A stretch of DNA of 64,000 nucleotides from Lama glama (taxonomy: Eukaryota). The stretch lies in contig CM052817.1 of the NCBI GenBank assembly GCA_028534125.1, positions 61,320,001-61,384,000 of the forward strand, in the 5' to 3' direction. Both the position numbers and the translations under genes were made by a program. The notes beneath the pieces are model-generated. The model saw only the letters and a program-made list of their open reading frames with translations, was not told where the DNA came from and ran no database searches. Below are positions 49,681 to 62,899 of the stretch, piece after piece; the first letter of the stretch is position 1, and each line of letters opens with the position of its first letter.

Positions 49681-52600
49681 GCACCCTTTCATTTAGTTCT
49701 CACACCAGCCTGTGAAGTAGTGGTGTTATTCTCATTGTATGGAACTGTGCTGTGAGCTCACATGGCTGGTGTGGAAGGGCTGGCTTCGAAGCATTATACT
49801 GTGCTGCCTCCCTAATAATAAGCTTTGTCTTAAATTAGGTAGATTGTTTCTCAGGTTAGGTATTCAGAAGGTTATCTTTTGTTTTAATTGTATATGTATA
49901 AATATATACAAACATATACAGATATACACACTACACTTCTTACAGTATATATATATCCACCTTGATTTTGAAAGATTAAAAATAAGTTTGTAACAATTAC
50001 ATATCTCTATTAAAATGCTTCAAATCCCAATTCGCTAGTGAAGTTTTCCTTGTTTCTGGCTGTGGATTTTTAAATACCTTTATCACCGAATTCCATCTTG
50101 ATTCCAGTTACTCAGATTTTTACAAGGAAACACATATATGTAATCCAGCCTGCAAGTTTTAAGGCTTCGTGGCTGGGTGAAAATGTAAATGTAAAGCATC
50201 CATGTAAAAATGTGTCTTGTGATTTATTCTTCTTGGAGGGAAGCAGTGTTTTTCTTCCCCTACTAATAAAGAGCTAATACGAAGAAAGGAACAATGTTTG
50301 AACATTGTTTTCACATTCTGTTAGCATTCTTCTATATTAAATTTGACTATCCTAGTTTATGATAATAGACCAAAGAAAAGTATTGTTTAAATACTTCCAT
50401 TTTTGCTGGAAAAAAGTCCAGAAACAAATTGACACCTAAATGAAACAGACTTAATCATCACTTTGTTGTATGATTATAGAAGTGCAAATGGATTATGTAC
50501 ATTTTGTGGTGCCATGCCTTTAAAAGAGTTTTCTGTGCTTCAGTTCCCTGGCCAACAATTTGAGCTCCATGTTGTGATGCTGATACAACAGAACACTGTG
50601 TACATACATAGGCGCCCTCCCCTGGCACAGAAGAAATGCTTTCCTTGTGTAGACAGAGTGCTAATTAAAGGATTTTGGATGTACTGATTAGAAGAGACTA
50701 TGGTAACAAAGCTGCTGAGTTATTTCTGTTCTCTTACAAAAGTCTCTGCCATCTCCGGTGACCTTGTTGGGTCTTGTGCAGCGGGGCATGCAGTTCGTTC
50801 TGGACTGGGGAGGATGGGAACGGGAGGAGGAGGAGAGGGAGTGTTGGCTCGACTGAGCTGCTAGGCTGTTGGCCTTTCATTGTAGTTATTTTTAACCCCT
50901 TGTGTGGTTCAGCTTAAACATGCCTGGTAACATTCCCTAATAAAGATGTGTGCCTAATAACCAATTTATATTGTGGTAGTAAGATTGTTAATGTTATACC
51001 TCATCTTAATTAGTTATCTAGTTATATTTATTCTGCCTTAATTATCTAAAATTGTTGTAATATATTTCAGTGATCACCAGATGATTTAATTAATATTATC
51101 AAGAAGCAATTAAAACCTGAAAGCATGCCTGAAAAAATGTAATTTAGTGATTCTCTTACTTTAATAATGTGTATAAAATTCTTAACAAGATCTGGCATGG
51201 TATTCTCTCAGTTGTTATTTTTTACAATTGTATGAAATTCAAAAGAAAATTATTTAGAGACTTGAAACATCAAATCCCCCAAAATTATAGGGAACATAGT
51301 AGTTATATGTATTTTTTAATTTACAGTCTGTTGGAATTGAAAAAGAAAAAAAATTGCAAGTTTGTACTTAGCTAGGAGCCTGTATCTTTATTATATATAG
51401 AGTTCAGAAGTACACAATTTTTCCTCTGGTCAGGTATTATTATGTTGAACTCCAAAGGGCTGTTTATGTTCCCTTATAATACCGGAATGCAGAGATATCA
51501 AATGTATTTGAGATGAATAAGCCATTGGTTGGGACTTGAACTTTCTGTTTTCTTGAGATTTTGTTGTTACCAGCCTATGAATATATTGAATATGACTTTA
51601 TTTCTAAAGCATACGAACTATAAAATTTTAACATTACACTCAGATTTGTTCCCAGTCTCTTTTGTGTGAGTTTTGCATACTTTTTTTAGTATGTGGATTT
51701 CTAAGATAAGATTGGTAATTCTTGCAGACTTTTTGAAAAGATCCTCAGATAGCTGTAACTGTCTGGTCACATGTTATTGTCTTCAGTTTCCTAACCTTAA
51801 AATGGAATACTGTCTACTGGAGTTTGCAGGCTATCTTTTCATGACCCTGTATTTATGGAATTGCCTTGAAGCCATGGAATGTGGGAATGGGTTTCATCGT
51901 AGCAGTGTGGGTTTGTTGGTCTTTGCCAATACATTTTATAAGAAATAGGAGACGTTGCACAATTCAAGGTCATATTTTGGCAAGTTGATGCTCCTCACGA
52001 TGGAATTACACAAAGAATACTGTGTCTTTGAAGTATAGCATCCTAAAGTTGAAATATTCTGTCTGCTGTGTGTTATTTTCTGATGTATGATATTAGAGTT
52101 CTTCCCTTAACTATCAATATTTGGATTTCCTGAAGGTAGTCTCCCAATTCTCCATAAACACATCTATGGTATTTCTTTAGCAGATAAAATAAGGTCAGAC
52201 ATTTTAATAACCAAATAATAAAGATTTTGATTCTCAAGAGTTAGGGGAGGACCAGTTGTTACCAGGTCAGACAAGATTGGAATTCAACTTGAAAAGCAGA
52301 AGAAATGTTCCATTTCCTGGAGTCTGGAGCCCTGTTGAAGAGTATAACATAGAACAGAGAAAACACTTGAAACACATGAAAACACTTTGCTATAAATTCT
52401 TTTATTCAATAGTTTAAGGACTATTTCCTAGAAGCCACTGAAGAAGAGACAGAGTAATGAGTACAAAGGTTGGGGAGAAAAGAAATGCAGTACTTGACAA
52501 TGTCGTAAGACCTGTCACAAGACAATATTTAATGGAATGACAGAGATACAGATAAGTGTTTCTCATTTTCAGAGGGCATAGACCTTTTGTGTTTGTCAGG

Positions 52601-54589
52601 GATGGAGAGTTGGCTTCCTACAGGAGAAATTAATTAAACTGGTCCTTGAAGGATGAAATTTGAACACCTCAAAGTCAACATTTCTCTGTGCTGGTTTTCA
52701 GTGCAAAGTGAAGACAGAGACTTTTCTTGCCATTGCTTGACTCTGAGTGAAGCTGTGAATATAGCTGAGTGATAGGCCAGCTGCAGAGTTTCCCTCCTAG
52801 AGGAGGGGAGAAAGAGACTTTCAGTTCTCAAGCTGAAATGGGAGAACCATCCTACCTTGAATAAATGGGCCCATTGTTAATTTTAAGCTGTTGAGTATTT
52901 TCTTTTACATTCCCTCCAGCCCAGCTACCCTGTCTTCATGCCAAGTTAGAAGGTTAATAATTTAGTTTGTTCAACTACATAATGTATATTTCACATGGAT
53001 GTTCACTCTCTGCTTTTAAAATGTTAATTAGCCTTTTGTGTCTTTCCCCACATGGCAGTTTTCTATCATTTGTGGTCAGAAGGCTCAAGAATCTCAAGAT
53101 AATCTTGAAGGTGTTTTTCTAGTCTGTTATGAAAAGCTTTTTCAGTATATTTTATGGTAAATTAATAGTTTTAGAATAAGGGGGCTTTTTGTTTTTTTTG
53201 TTTTTTTTTTTTAAAGTTTTTAATGGATATTGGGCATTTTGGAAAGTTATTTGTTAAAATAAGAGGAATTTTACTGGTGTGTGAGGGTTTTTGTATCTGA
53301 CAGAGGAAACAATATTGTAGAGATTGGATGAAATAAGAACAGTACTTTAGACCTAAGTAAAGGAGATTTTCATACAACCTATTTATCTACTCATGACATT
53401 TACTTACTTAACAGAGAGTACTGAAGCCTGTAGATGTATTTTCAGTTATTTTTTTTTAGAACTTTCAATGTAAAGAGCTTGTCTTTATGATGGTTGTTGG
53501 TCAGGCTACAGTGTGGATGTACAGTTAACCAGATGTCTTTGTCCAAAACATCCTGTTTACTGTAGTTCTTGCCCAGATTCTCATGTACTGCACTACCAGT
53601 CACGGCCATTTCCCCCAGTTACAACTGCATGGAGGAGAAATTTGATATGAGTTAGTTAATCTAGAAGCAAACATTGCTCTAGGTAAAAAGGGGTTGTTTC
53701 TTTGGGGTTTTATAAGGGATACTTATGTTTCAGCCTTAGTAAGTGAGATTCTAGGTCTTCAGTTAAATTTTTGAGATGTAGAAATGTTGAGTATGTAACA
53801 TAAAATTTGACAAAACAAGAACCTAGCATGCGAAATATTAATATATGTATGGATTTGCAAATAAATGATATAATGGGAATGAAAAAATGTTCATTTGAAA
53901 AAGTAATGGCTGTGATCATGTGATCCCTAATTTAGGTATTCTAAGTGCAGAGCCACTTCTGGGAGTTCAGGTTTGGTTTTTTAATTACATAGTGGGAAAA
54001 TCACTTTTATAGCATGGATACTCTGTTTTTATTGATTTTTTTAAGGTAATAAAATACTTAGGTTTGGACAGAGCAGACAGTATTGAATGAGTGTTTAAAG
54101 ATAGTTTGGAAAAACTTTTTATGATATCATTAAAACGGAACCTGTCAAATTTTCACTTCCCCCGTCTTCCGTCACCTTCTTATTTTTTCTTTCTTGTTGC
54201 ATAAGTGGATTTATCTATCTATCCTTTTGTAAATACTCAGGTGTCTTTCACAGCTGAGATTGTTGCCCATTTTGTGTGATAATTACTGGAACAAAGTTCA
54301 TCAACCTCATTGGCATTTAGTACTTCCCAGCAGGGCTTAGCATTTGTGACACATGTCCCTGTCCAGCCTCAATGGAAGAGAGTAAAATGATCTGGGAAAG
54401 TTGATAGAGGGAATGATCAAGAACAAATTAGAGGGAAGAAGAAAAGAAAGAGGCAATTTAAAAAAGGAAACAGTTAATTACTGGGTCAGATTTGGTGCTT
54501 GGGAAATTTTAAGGCTTCATCCTCCACTCTCTTTTAAAGTTTGGTTAATTTGTACTTTTCTTTAGGCGAGACATTGATGTGAGTTGAAA

Positions 54590-55160
54590 GCCAGAAGATT
54601 CACTAGGGTTTAGAGGAAGGAGTCTCCTGTAGCCCTGCTAATCATTTCCTCTGGCTGGAAGCAACCAGTATTAGCAGTTTCTTGTGTGTACTTCCAGGGA
54701 TAATCTATACAGATGTGTGAAAATACAGACATATCCTCACCAACCTCCTTTTCAACACAATATCTTTAAAAATATACTTTTTTCTTTTTTTTTGCATTTT
54801 GTTTTTTTCACTTAACCCCACATCGGTGAATATATCTTCATTCTTTTTTAACAGGTGCACTGTGTTTGGATTTATTGTAATGTATTTAACCAGCTTCTAT
54901 TGATGGACAATTAGGTTGTTTCTATCTTTTCCTTTCAGTAACACTGTAGTGTAATTTTTACATGTATATGGCATTTATATGAGCACATCTGTCAGACAGA
55001 TTCCTAGAAACGGCATTGCTGAGTCAAAGGTCATATGCTCTTGTGATTTTGACTGATGTTGCTGAATATGTCTAGAGACTCTCCTGCCCACAGCAGGAGA
55101 GCCAGTTTCCTCGTACCTGTGCTAGCACGTGTTTCAGCAGACTTAGATCTTTTCCGATCA
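54590..55160 (-). mobile_element. Old LINE-1 (L1ME-like) fragment
   Basis: ctattgatggacaattaggttgtttc...gattcctagaaacggcattgctgagtcaaagg are L1 3' motifs. Confidence 0.6.
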
Positions 55161-55963
55161 GATGGACCTATTTCCATCTTTCTCTTTTTTGTAAAGGCTT
55201 AATCACAAGTATTCTACAGAGGATTCTCTGTGTTTTTAAGTGGTTCATTTTTGTCCATTTTGCATGAGAATAGACGAAATAAAAATGTGCTGACCTTCTT
55301 TAAATGGTTTCATAACTTTGGGGAGGGTAGTATTATTTGAATTTTTTCATTTAGAGCTTTGATTAATGATTATCCTCCATCATTTGTTTCCTATTTCCAA
55401 ACGGATTTCCTCTCTCTGTTAATGTATTACTTCCAATTACATGGTGAAAGTTTTTTTGGTTTTTTTGGAGCAGTTTTTGGCATAGTGCCCTGTCATGGAC
55501 TTTCTGAAAAATTAAGTAAATTACATTTAACAAATTTAAGGTTGTTACCTTTGGAGTTTCTCCAGTAGCCTGATACAGTGTGTAATTTTGAATCCTACTC
55601 TTCTCCAGCTCCCCTTAGATGATGTGACAAGGAGCCTGACCATAATGAGGTGTTTGGCCTGGTCCTTGGACGTAGTAAAATTCACTCTTAGGAGCCTCAC
55701 TGTGCTTTCATATCAACCTTTATTAGCCAGTGGAGTGTAACAAGTCACAACGGTTTATAGTGTTTCATAGCTTAGTGAGTCTGGCATTGTGAAGGCATAC
55801 TAATGTGTGGAATGATGTATTTCTTCATTTTACCTGGGTGTAAGCAGCAGAGAGTGTACGTGTTGGTAACCTTGGTGACAAAAAGAGGATGCCAGGGTGT
55901 TTGTATTTTATGTGCTTAAAGAGGAGGGAAGGAGGAATTTCCCTTTAGCATGTTGCTATAAAA

Positions 55964-56149
55964 ATATTTTTAAATTTTTATTATTTTTTAAATTGAAGTA
56001 CAGTCAGTTACAATGTGTCAATTTCCAGTGTACAGCACAGTGTCCCAGTCATGCATATACATACGTATATTCATTTTCATATTCTTTTTCATTAAAGGTT
56101 ATTACAGAATATCAAACATAGTTCCCTGTGCTATACAGAAGAAACTTTT
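55964..56149 (-). mobile_element. Very short 5'-truncated LINE-1 3'UTR insertion
   Basis: tttttaaattgaagtacagtcagttacaatg...gttccctgtgctatacag; the last motif is shared with the L1 at 3760. Perfect 14-bp TSD atgttgctataaaa at 55950-55963 and 56150-56163. Confidence 0.88.
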
Positions 56150-57147
56150 ATGTTGCTATAAAATTTTAAATATGATGAGAGGAGTTTGGAACTAGATAAC
56201 GATTTGTACCATTTGTTATTTGAATTGTTTACTTGTTAAACATTTTTTCCTAGGATTCAAAAACTGATTTAACAGTGACCACTCTTCTTCATGATAATCA
56301 TCTTGGGTGAATTTTGATCTACCAAAAGGGGAAGCGGTTTTTTAAGGACAGTAATAATGGAATCCCATTTACCATTGATTCCATCAGGGGTTTAAGTATT
56401 GTGATTTGGTTCCGTTGAGGATCCAGTTATTAGTGCAGTATTTCTCTTATGATTTCTGAGATATTAACTTCTAGAGATGCTAAAATTAAAAAATTTAGTA
56501 AGTTTGTATAATGCTAGCCAGAGGAGATTGCAGATATTTCTGAAAGTGTTTTTTCTTCTTGAGAAAAGGTACTGGAGGACAAATGTCCATTAGAAAACAG
56601 AAGCTTTATTCCCTAACTAGCAGCTCTTAGAGATGTTCTGGAGAAAGAAGTTTGTGTATAAATAGAAGCATTGTTCCACATGAAGTTTTCTTGACTTTGG
56701 ACATTCTCTTGAAGTATCTCCATGCTGCTGACTTCCACATATTTTACAAATGTTTCTTTTGACCTTTTCATACTAGGCATTTCTGTTTATATGTGCGTTT
56801 ATTCATTCTGGAAGAGTCTAGCTAGTTACTATCTAATTGTCGATGATACTTTGACAGTTTAGCAGACAAAGGCATTTCCAAACTTCTTCAATGGCTTATT
56901 CTCGCCTAGACTGGTTCCTCATCCTCACTCAGGCTGGCACCTTGCCCAGGCAGGAATTCTAAAACCCTGCATTTAATACATTTGAGAACTGTACTGTTTG
57001 AGAACTGTAGGGCTTCATGTTACTTATTGCTTAACTCCCCTGCCTGCCATTCAGGCTGCACATCAGCGGGCCCACTCAGTAACACCGAGTTTATGGTCCA
57101 AGATGCCTGTCATGAACCCTGAAGTCCTTGGTCCCTTAGAAGCATAC

Positions 57148-57240
57148 TTTTTTTTTTTTTTAAATGGAAGTACTGGGGATTGAACCCAGCACCTTGTGCA
57201 TGCTAAGCATACACTCTACCACTGAGCTGTACCCTCCCCC
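57148..57240 (-). mobile_element. tRNA-Ala-derived SINE (Vic-1-like, short form)
   Basis: Reverse complement: gggggagggtacagctcagtggtagagtgtatgcttagcatgcacaaggtgctgggttcaatccccagtacttcca plus poly(A). Confidence 0.9.
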
Positions 57241-57399
57241 TGAAGCCCTTGGTCTCTTCATTCTTCACACACAATATGTTTGTTTATTATCCCTAAAGCC
57301 CTACCCATCCATCAAGGCACATTCATATACTAGGTGCTCTTTGAAATGTCTGACTGTTCCATCCCACTTGAGTCTCTTTTCTTTCCTATATTAAATAAA

Positions 57400-57660
57400 A
57401 ATAATGAAAATGCACTAACATTTATTGAGCCCTTGTCATTGTCTAGGCCCTACTCTAGGTGCTTTGCACATGTTTGATTACTTAATCTGCATAATAACCC
57501 TCTGAGGAAGTATGATTTAAAATCTCTGATGTACAGATGAAGAAACAGACAGAGAAGTTAAATAACAAGGCCAGAGCTACACAGCTGGTAATTAGATAAG
57601 CGTAGGATTTGATACCAGTCAAACTGAGTGGTAATGCTTTTAACCAGTATACTCTATTTT
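57400..57660 (-). mobile_element. MIR SINE
   Basis: ctaacatttattgagc...ctaggtgctttgcaca...tacagatgaagaaacagacagagaagttaaataac. Confidence 0.7.
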
Positions 57661-59117
57661 CTAGGAATAGATGACAGCTTTCACTACCAACAACTAAGTT
57701 TGTGTGTGTGTTTCTTAAAGAGAGTATGCATGCTATAGAATCAGGCTTATATAAATGGGAGTAACTGAGATTATTAAGAAAAAAATATGACTAGTTTCTA
57801 AACTAATCATCAACATCAGTGAGATTTTAAAAATGTAGCTTCTAGGCCGCAGACTTTGAATTCAGGATGTTTAGGGATTCTCTCATGCTTTTTTGATGTT
57901 TCTCATGTACCATTGAATTCCATTTGTACACTAATGTTTAGAAACCGCATGTAGGTTTGTTTTCTTAAAAATATTTTTATTATGGATCTTTTGTTATTTA
58001 GATCATTTCAGCAAAAAGATTAAGGCTAAATTACAATGGAACTGCTGTTGACTAAATAATGTGACAGATCTACTTTTCTTCAGCTACTGGTCGTTTTGCT
58101 TTTTTTCAGAGTTCAGTCACCATTGGTCAAATAGTTTTTGGAAATAAATGTCAGCTTTAATAATATGTGATATCAGTCACTAGTTCTGTTTATGATGCTG
58201 TATCTTTGTGACCAAAGATTTAGAGGACCTTGAAGTTGGGACATTGCTTATAATATTTTAATACTACAAAATATAATAATGAATGTTGAACTTACTAAAG
58301 ATTTCTGGAGGAATCTTTGGCCAGACTTGGTTTTGTTCTGCACCTCATTGTTAAGCTAAAGTGGTAACATTTAAGTTAACAGGAACTGGTTACAGTTTTA
58401 TTAAGGCTCTGGGCCAGAGATCAGTTCAGATACTAGGTTTCATAGCAGTACAGTTTAAGTACATATAAATAGGTCATATACTTTGTTAAATCATGAGCCT
58501 CTCTCACCAGGAAAAATCACCCCTATAACCCTGGATCTTATTTACTCAAGATCATACTAAAATTTCCAGTACATCTTTAGTTAACTGTTGACTGATGATC
58601 ATAATGATGACAGGGGACAAATGGGAAGCTGGGTTGCAGTCAGTTGTAGTTGGTTCTTCTAGAATTGATTGATAGTTATCATTAACTGATGAAATATTTT
58701 GGTTTTCTTTGTTAGTGTTAGTCAGGAGATGCCCTAGAGGTTACTTAATTTTAATAGCCCTTGGGCTCCCAAGGGCTTCCTGTGTGTCAGCCTGAATTTG
58801 TTTTCTCTGTATTTGACTCAGCGGTTCTACTTCTGTCCTTTAGTGTCATGCTTAACAAATGATAGCTGTCGCTCATGTTACAGTCTTTCAAATAGGTGAC
58901 TAACTTATATTCCCCTTTGAGTCTGGTAGATGTTCTGTTGGAAGTCATTTCTTCAAATGTTTCTCTTCTAATAGTTTGCTTCTCTTCACGCCCCTGAGTA
59001 TTTGCCTTTAAAAGGAATTCAGGTTTTAAATGTTTCTTTGTGTATGACTCGCAGAACTGAGCTTGACACCTCAGATATATTAAGAGCAATGCTGAAAAAA
59101 AAACAAAGAGCGATACT

Positions 59118-59242
59118 GGGGGAAGGATACAGCTCAGTGGTAGAGCACATGCCTAGCATGCATGAAGTCCTTGGTTCAATCCCCATTAATTTCATTTTAA
59201 AAAAATGATGAAAATAAATGTAATTGCCCCACCCCCCCAAAG
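59118..59242 (+). mobile_element. tRNA-Ala-derived SINE (Vic-1-like, long form)
   Basis: gggggaaggatacagctcagtggtagagcacatgcctagcatgcatgaagtccttggttcaatcccca...taattgcccc tail. Flanking aaagagc(g/a)at repeats at 59105 and 59243. Confidence 0.88.
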
Positions 59243-60054
59243 AAAGAGCAATGGAGAAGTATAGTTATTACATAAGGAAACTGATTTTTGTGACTGGGTA
59301 GGGCAGGGTTTAGAACTGCCCCAGGCAGTGAACTTGATAGAATTTTCAGTTTTCTCTGTATACTTTAGTACTGTTTGGAATTTTTACATTGTGTGTGTCT
59401 TTTGTTTAAAAAGTGAAAGAAAATTAAATCTGGCCTATGTTTTGTACGTGTGCAAACTCGGGCTTGTCTGGACATAAATGGAGGTTAGGAGAGCCTGAGA
59501 GGGGCAGGTGTTTGTGTATGTGCGTGCTGTTTGCATGAAAGATCAAGGAACTTCGTGGGAAGGAATTCAGGAAACACATAATTGAGGTGTATTCAAGCTT
59601 TAGTTCTTGGAGATTTTATTATTATTATCATCTATTATCTTTTAAGAGAGATGAACAAATTCTTGGTAGAGCAGAGCACGTCCTTGGTATTGTCTCCTCG
59701 TGATGCCCTTCTGAATGAGTCATGCCAGAGCCCTTCCAGGAGAAGGTGTTAGTTAACACATATTTGTTGACCTCTTACTGTGTACTAGGCTTGGCTATAG
59801 AGAGTGGTTCTCTATTTTCTGACCTAAAGGCACATGGAATATGATGTAGAATATAAGAAGGAACTTGGAAGCAGGTGAGGACATCTATGTAGTAATCAAA
59901 CCTTGGAAAAGACCACAACAGTATGTGTGTTGACCACACAGCCTATGTCAGGATGGTATGGAACTTCTAGACTAGGATCTGTGGAATCCTTAGAGGAGAC
60001 ACAGAACAGGCTCCAGTAGACAGAATTTGCTATATCTACATCTGGGCATGGAGC

Positions 60055-60485
60055 CATTTGCTCAGTATCATTATTGAGCATGTACTGTATGCCCAGTACT
60101 GGTCACGGGACTGAAAATATAGAAAACAAAGTTCTTATTGTTATGGACCTTATATTCCAGTAAGAGGGGCTGTTAATTCACAAGTGTATAAATAAATAAG
60201 CAGTGTAATTTTAATAAGGTGCTGTGGTGGGGAAGGGCATCTGGGTTAAGCGTTTACTTAAGTTGGGCAGTCAAGACAGGCCCTACTGATTGAGGGCAAC
60301 AGGATAGGAAGCCAGTACTCGGAAGGGAAAGAACAGCACTGCGGGCACAGAGAACTGTAAGTGCAAAGGGCGAGAGACAGGAGAGAGCTTGGTGTGTTTA
60401 AGGAACAGAAAAGGAGGCCAGTGCGGCAGGAGTGCAGTGAGCAAGGAGAAAAGTGGAGTGAGATGAGGGAGGGGAGGTCAGCCTA
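60055..60485 (-). mobile_element. LINE-2 fragment
   Basis: ttattgagcatgtactgtatgcccagtactg...aagtgcaaaggg...ggtgtgtttaaggaacagaaaaggaggccagtgcggcaggagtgcagtgagcaaggag. Confidence 0.72.
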
Positions 60486-61819
60486 GTGTCCGAAGGAGAG
60501 CTAAGGAGGTTTAAGGTGTAGAGGAGGACGACATTGAGGGTGATGGTGGGACAGCTGGGGATTTGAGAGGAATTCTGATTCCTCTGGGTCAGAACTGAGC
60601 TAGGGACAGTGGATTACTATTACTATGATTTTACCATATCTGCAAGCTGATGTATTTTGAAACTGGTTTTGAAAGAAATTTCAGGGGAAGAATTCCAAAA
60701 ATTTTTTGAGCAAAGGAATAACCATAGCCTTCTAAGGTGGCTACCTGGAAGTAAGATACTTATTTTAATATGTTTGTTTGGAAAAGTTATTTACAAGTTA
60801 TAACACAGAAATGATTATTTTCTCATTGTTATTTGCACACTGATTACAGTTTTTCTATTTTGTGTTTTAAAAAATTTTTAAATTATCACTGTTAAGGAGC
60901 AGCTTGTTTCCCAGATGGCTTCTGTTTTCATTTCCTTGTGATGTTATGACCTTTTCTTCTTTAGTAAGGAAATGTTGCACACACATTCAGGAGTTGTTTA
61001 CAAATTATACTGGTATACTTTTGTTAGAGTCTGTCTGAAAGATAAAGTGAGTGTTAGGTCAGATATGTTGAACTGAAAAAGATTTTAACAGTGTCTATTT
61101 TTAAAAAGAATGTTTTAGCCTTTTGGTTGGCTAATGCGCCCAATGCCAAAAGTTATGTTTTGTAGTCCTTTTATTATTTCAAGTGGAGAGAGTTTATAAG
61201 ATTTAATGTTTTTCATTTCTGAGCCTTTCAGAGAGGTCACTTGAGCAGGATTAACATCTAATAAGAGAAGGCTAACAGTTGACATTTCATTAAATTCAGA
61301 TTTTCATGTCTTCAATACATTGTTAATGGATAAAAGTGTTATCAATATCATGTAGCTGTAGGTCCGGAATAATAGATCATAATGCCTTAGCAAATGATGT
61401 AACTTCATACTTAAAGTCAACTTTTTATAAATTCAGGAAAAGAATGAGTTTTCCAATGAGTTTTGGGGTATATTTGCAAAATAATACTTTACAGTCAACT
61501 TATAAATATCTGTATTACATTAAGTATGACAAAATAATATACCAGTGTAAAAGAAATGTTACTTTAGATACAGTTTTCTTAATGATTTTAAGATTTAAAG
61601 TAATGTAATAGTAATTGATTTCCAGCCTTAAAAAAAAAAACACTACTGGCAGATGTGATGATACCATGACAAGTGGTCAAATGTCTCTGAACATTTTATT
61701 ACCAAAGCTAACACAGTAGTCTTGTATCTTTTATTGATTTTTTTTTTACCATGATCCTTTAAGGTTTGTGTTTTCTCCCAACATACCATTTTAAGATTAT
61801 ATTTCTAGTGGATGGGATT

Positions 61820-62070
61820 CTATGTGCTGTTTAGTGTAGTTATTACAAGTGCAGGCTCTGGAGCACAATGCCTGGGTGTGAATCCTGGCTCTGTAATTCA
61901 CCAACTGTATACATTTGGACAAATTACTTGACTCTGCCCCAGGTCCGGAACTCTCAAGTAGGGGAAAAATAATATTTACATCATAGGATTCTTGAATTAA
62001 ATAAATTAACACCTGTAAAGCACCTGACACATAGTAAGTACTCAGCCAAGGTTACCTAATAATAATAAAG
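61820..62070 (+). mobile_element. MIR SINE (near full length)
   Basis: caggctctggagcacaatgcctgggtgtgaatcctggctctg...ttggacaaattacttgactct...cctgacacatagtaagtactca. Confidence 0.8.
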
Positions 62071-62243
62071 ATTATCCTATAGTAATAAATATTTCCTAGT
62101 AATATCTAGTTGAAGTAGTTTTGACACATTGAAATAGTATTTCTCTGTCCATCACTTTTTAGATAAGTTCATCTTCCAAATCAATCCTGATTTTCTTTTT
62201 CATAGGTTTTTATAGAAAATTCTTTAGAAGCATCCTTCTCAGT

Positions 62244-62265
62244 ACACACACACACACACACACAC
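62244..62265. repeat. (AC)n microsatellite
   Basis: About 11 units. Confidence 0.9.
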
Positions 62266-62899
62266 GTACAGACACAATGTACACACACTGCAGTTTAAAT
62301 TGTTTCCTGAAACATCTTTCATAAAAGTACATAATAAGTATTTTTTTTTGGATGAATAGGCCGTTTCCTTCTTCCATGTGTGATAGTCTGGCAGGAACTC
62401 TCAAAGAGATCTGAAAGGAGGGCTGACACCGGTAAAACCTCCAATTAGACATTCTTCTGTTAGTGATTGTCATTCACTGTGATTTTTGTTTTTTAATTCT
62501 TTGAAAGAGAAATCATAAGCTATATTCCTGTGAGAGACAGTTGTTCTAGGGAACACTTTTTGCCTCCAGAGAAGGATAAATTTGGTTGTAAGAGGAAGTA
62601 TGTAAGTGGAATGTAGACTAGACAAGTTGAGCAGTGTGTCTGCCAGTGGCACCATCTCTTTCTAGGAGTTCTTGCACTTCATCAGCCTTTGTGTGTAGAT
62701 CTCTGTGCTCCTTACCTTGCTCTTCTGTTCCCGGGCCATAGCCAGCTGACCCTGGGATGAGTGCCTGACCCAAGTGTAGCCATCTGTAGACAAAGTTAGG
62801 AGATCTGTATGTGGTTATACTACTTATAAACTTTATGGATTTTAGGAAATATAAAATTTAACTACTCTGAAGTTTACTCATAAATGTAAATCATTGCTG

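Noticed and set aside
57162..57240. Possible tRNA-Ala(AGC) gene (also 22654 and 59118)
   Set aside because: Extra GGGGAGGG head, stem mismatches, poly(A) tail and flanking duplications indicate SINE copies.
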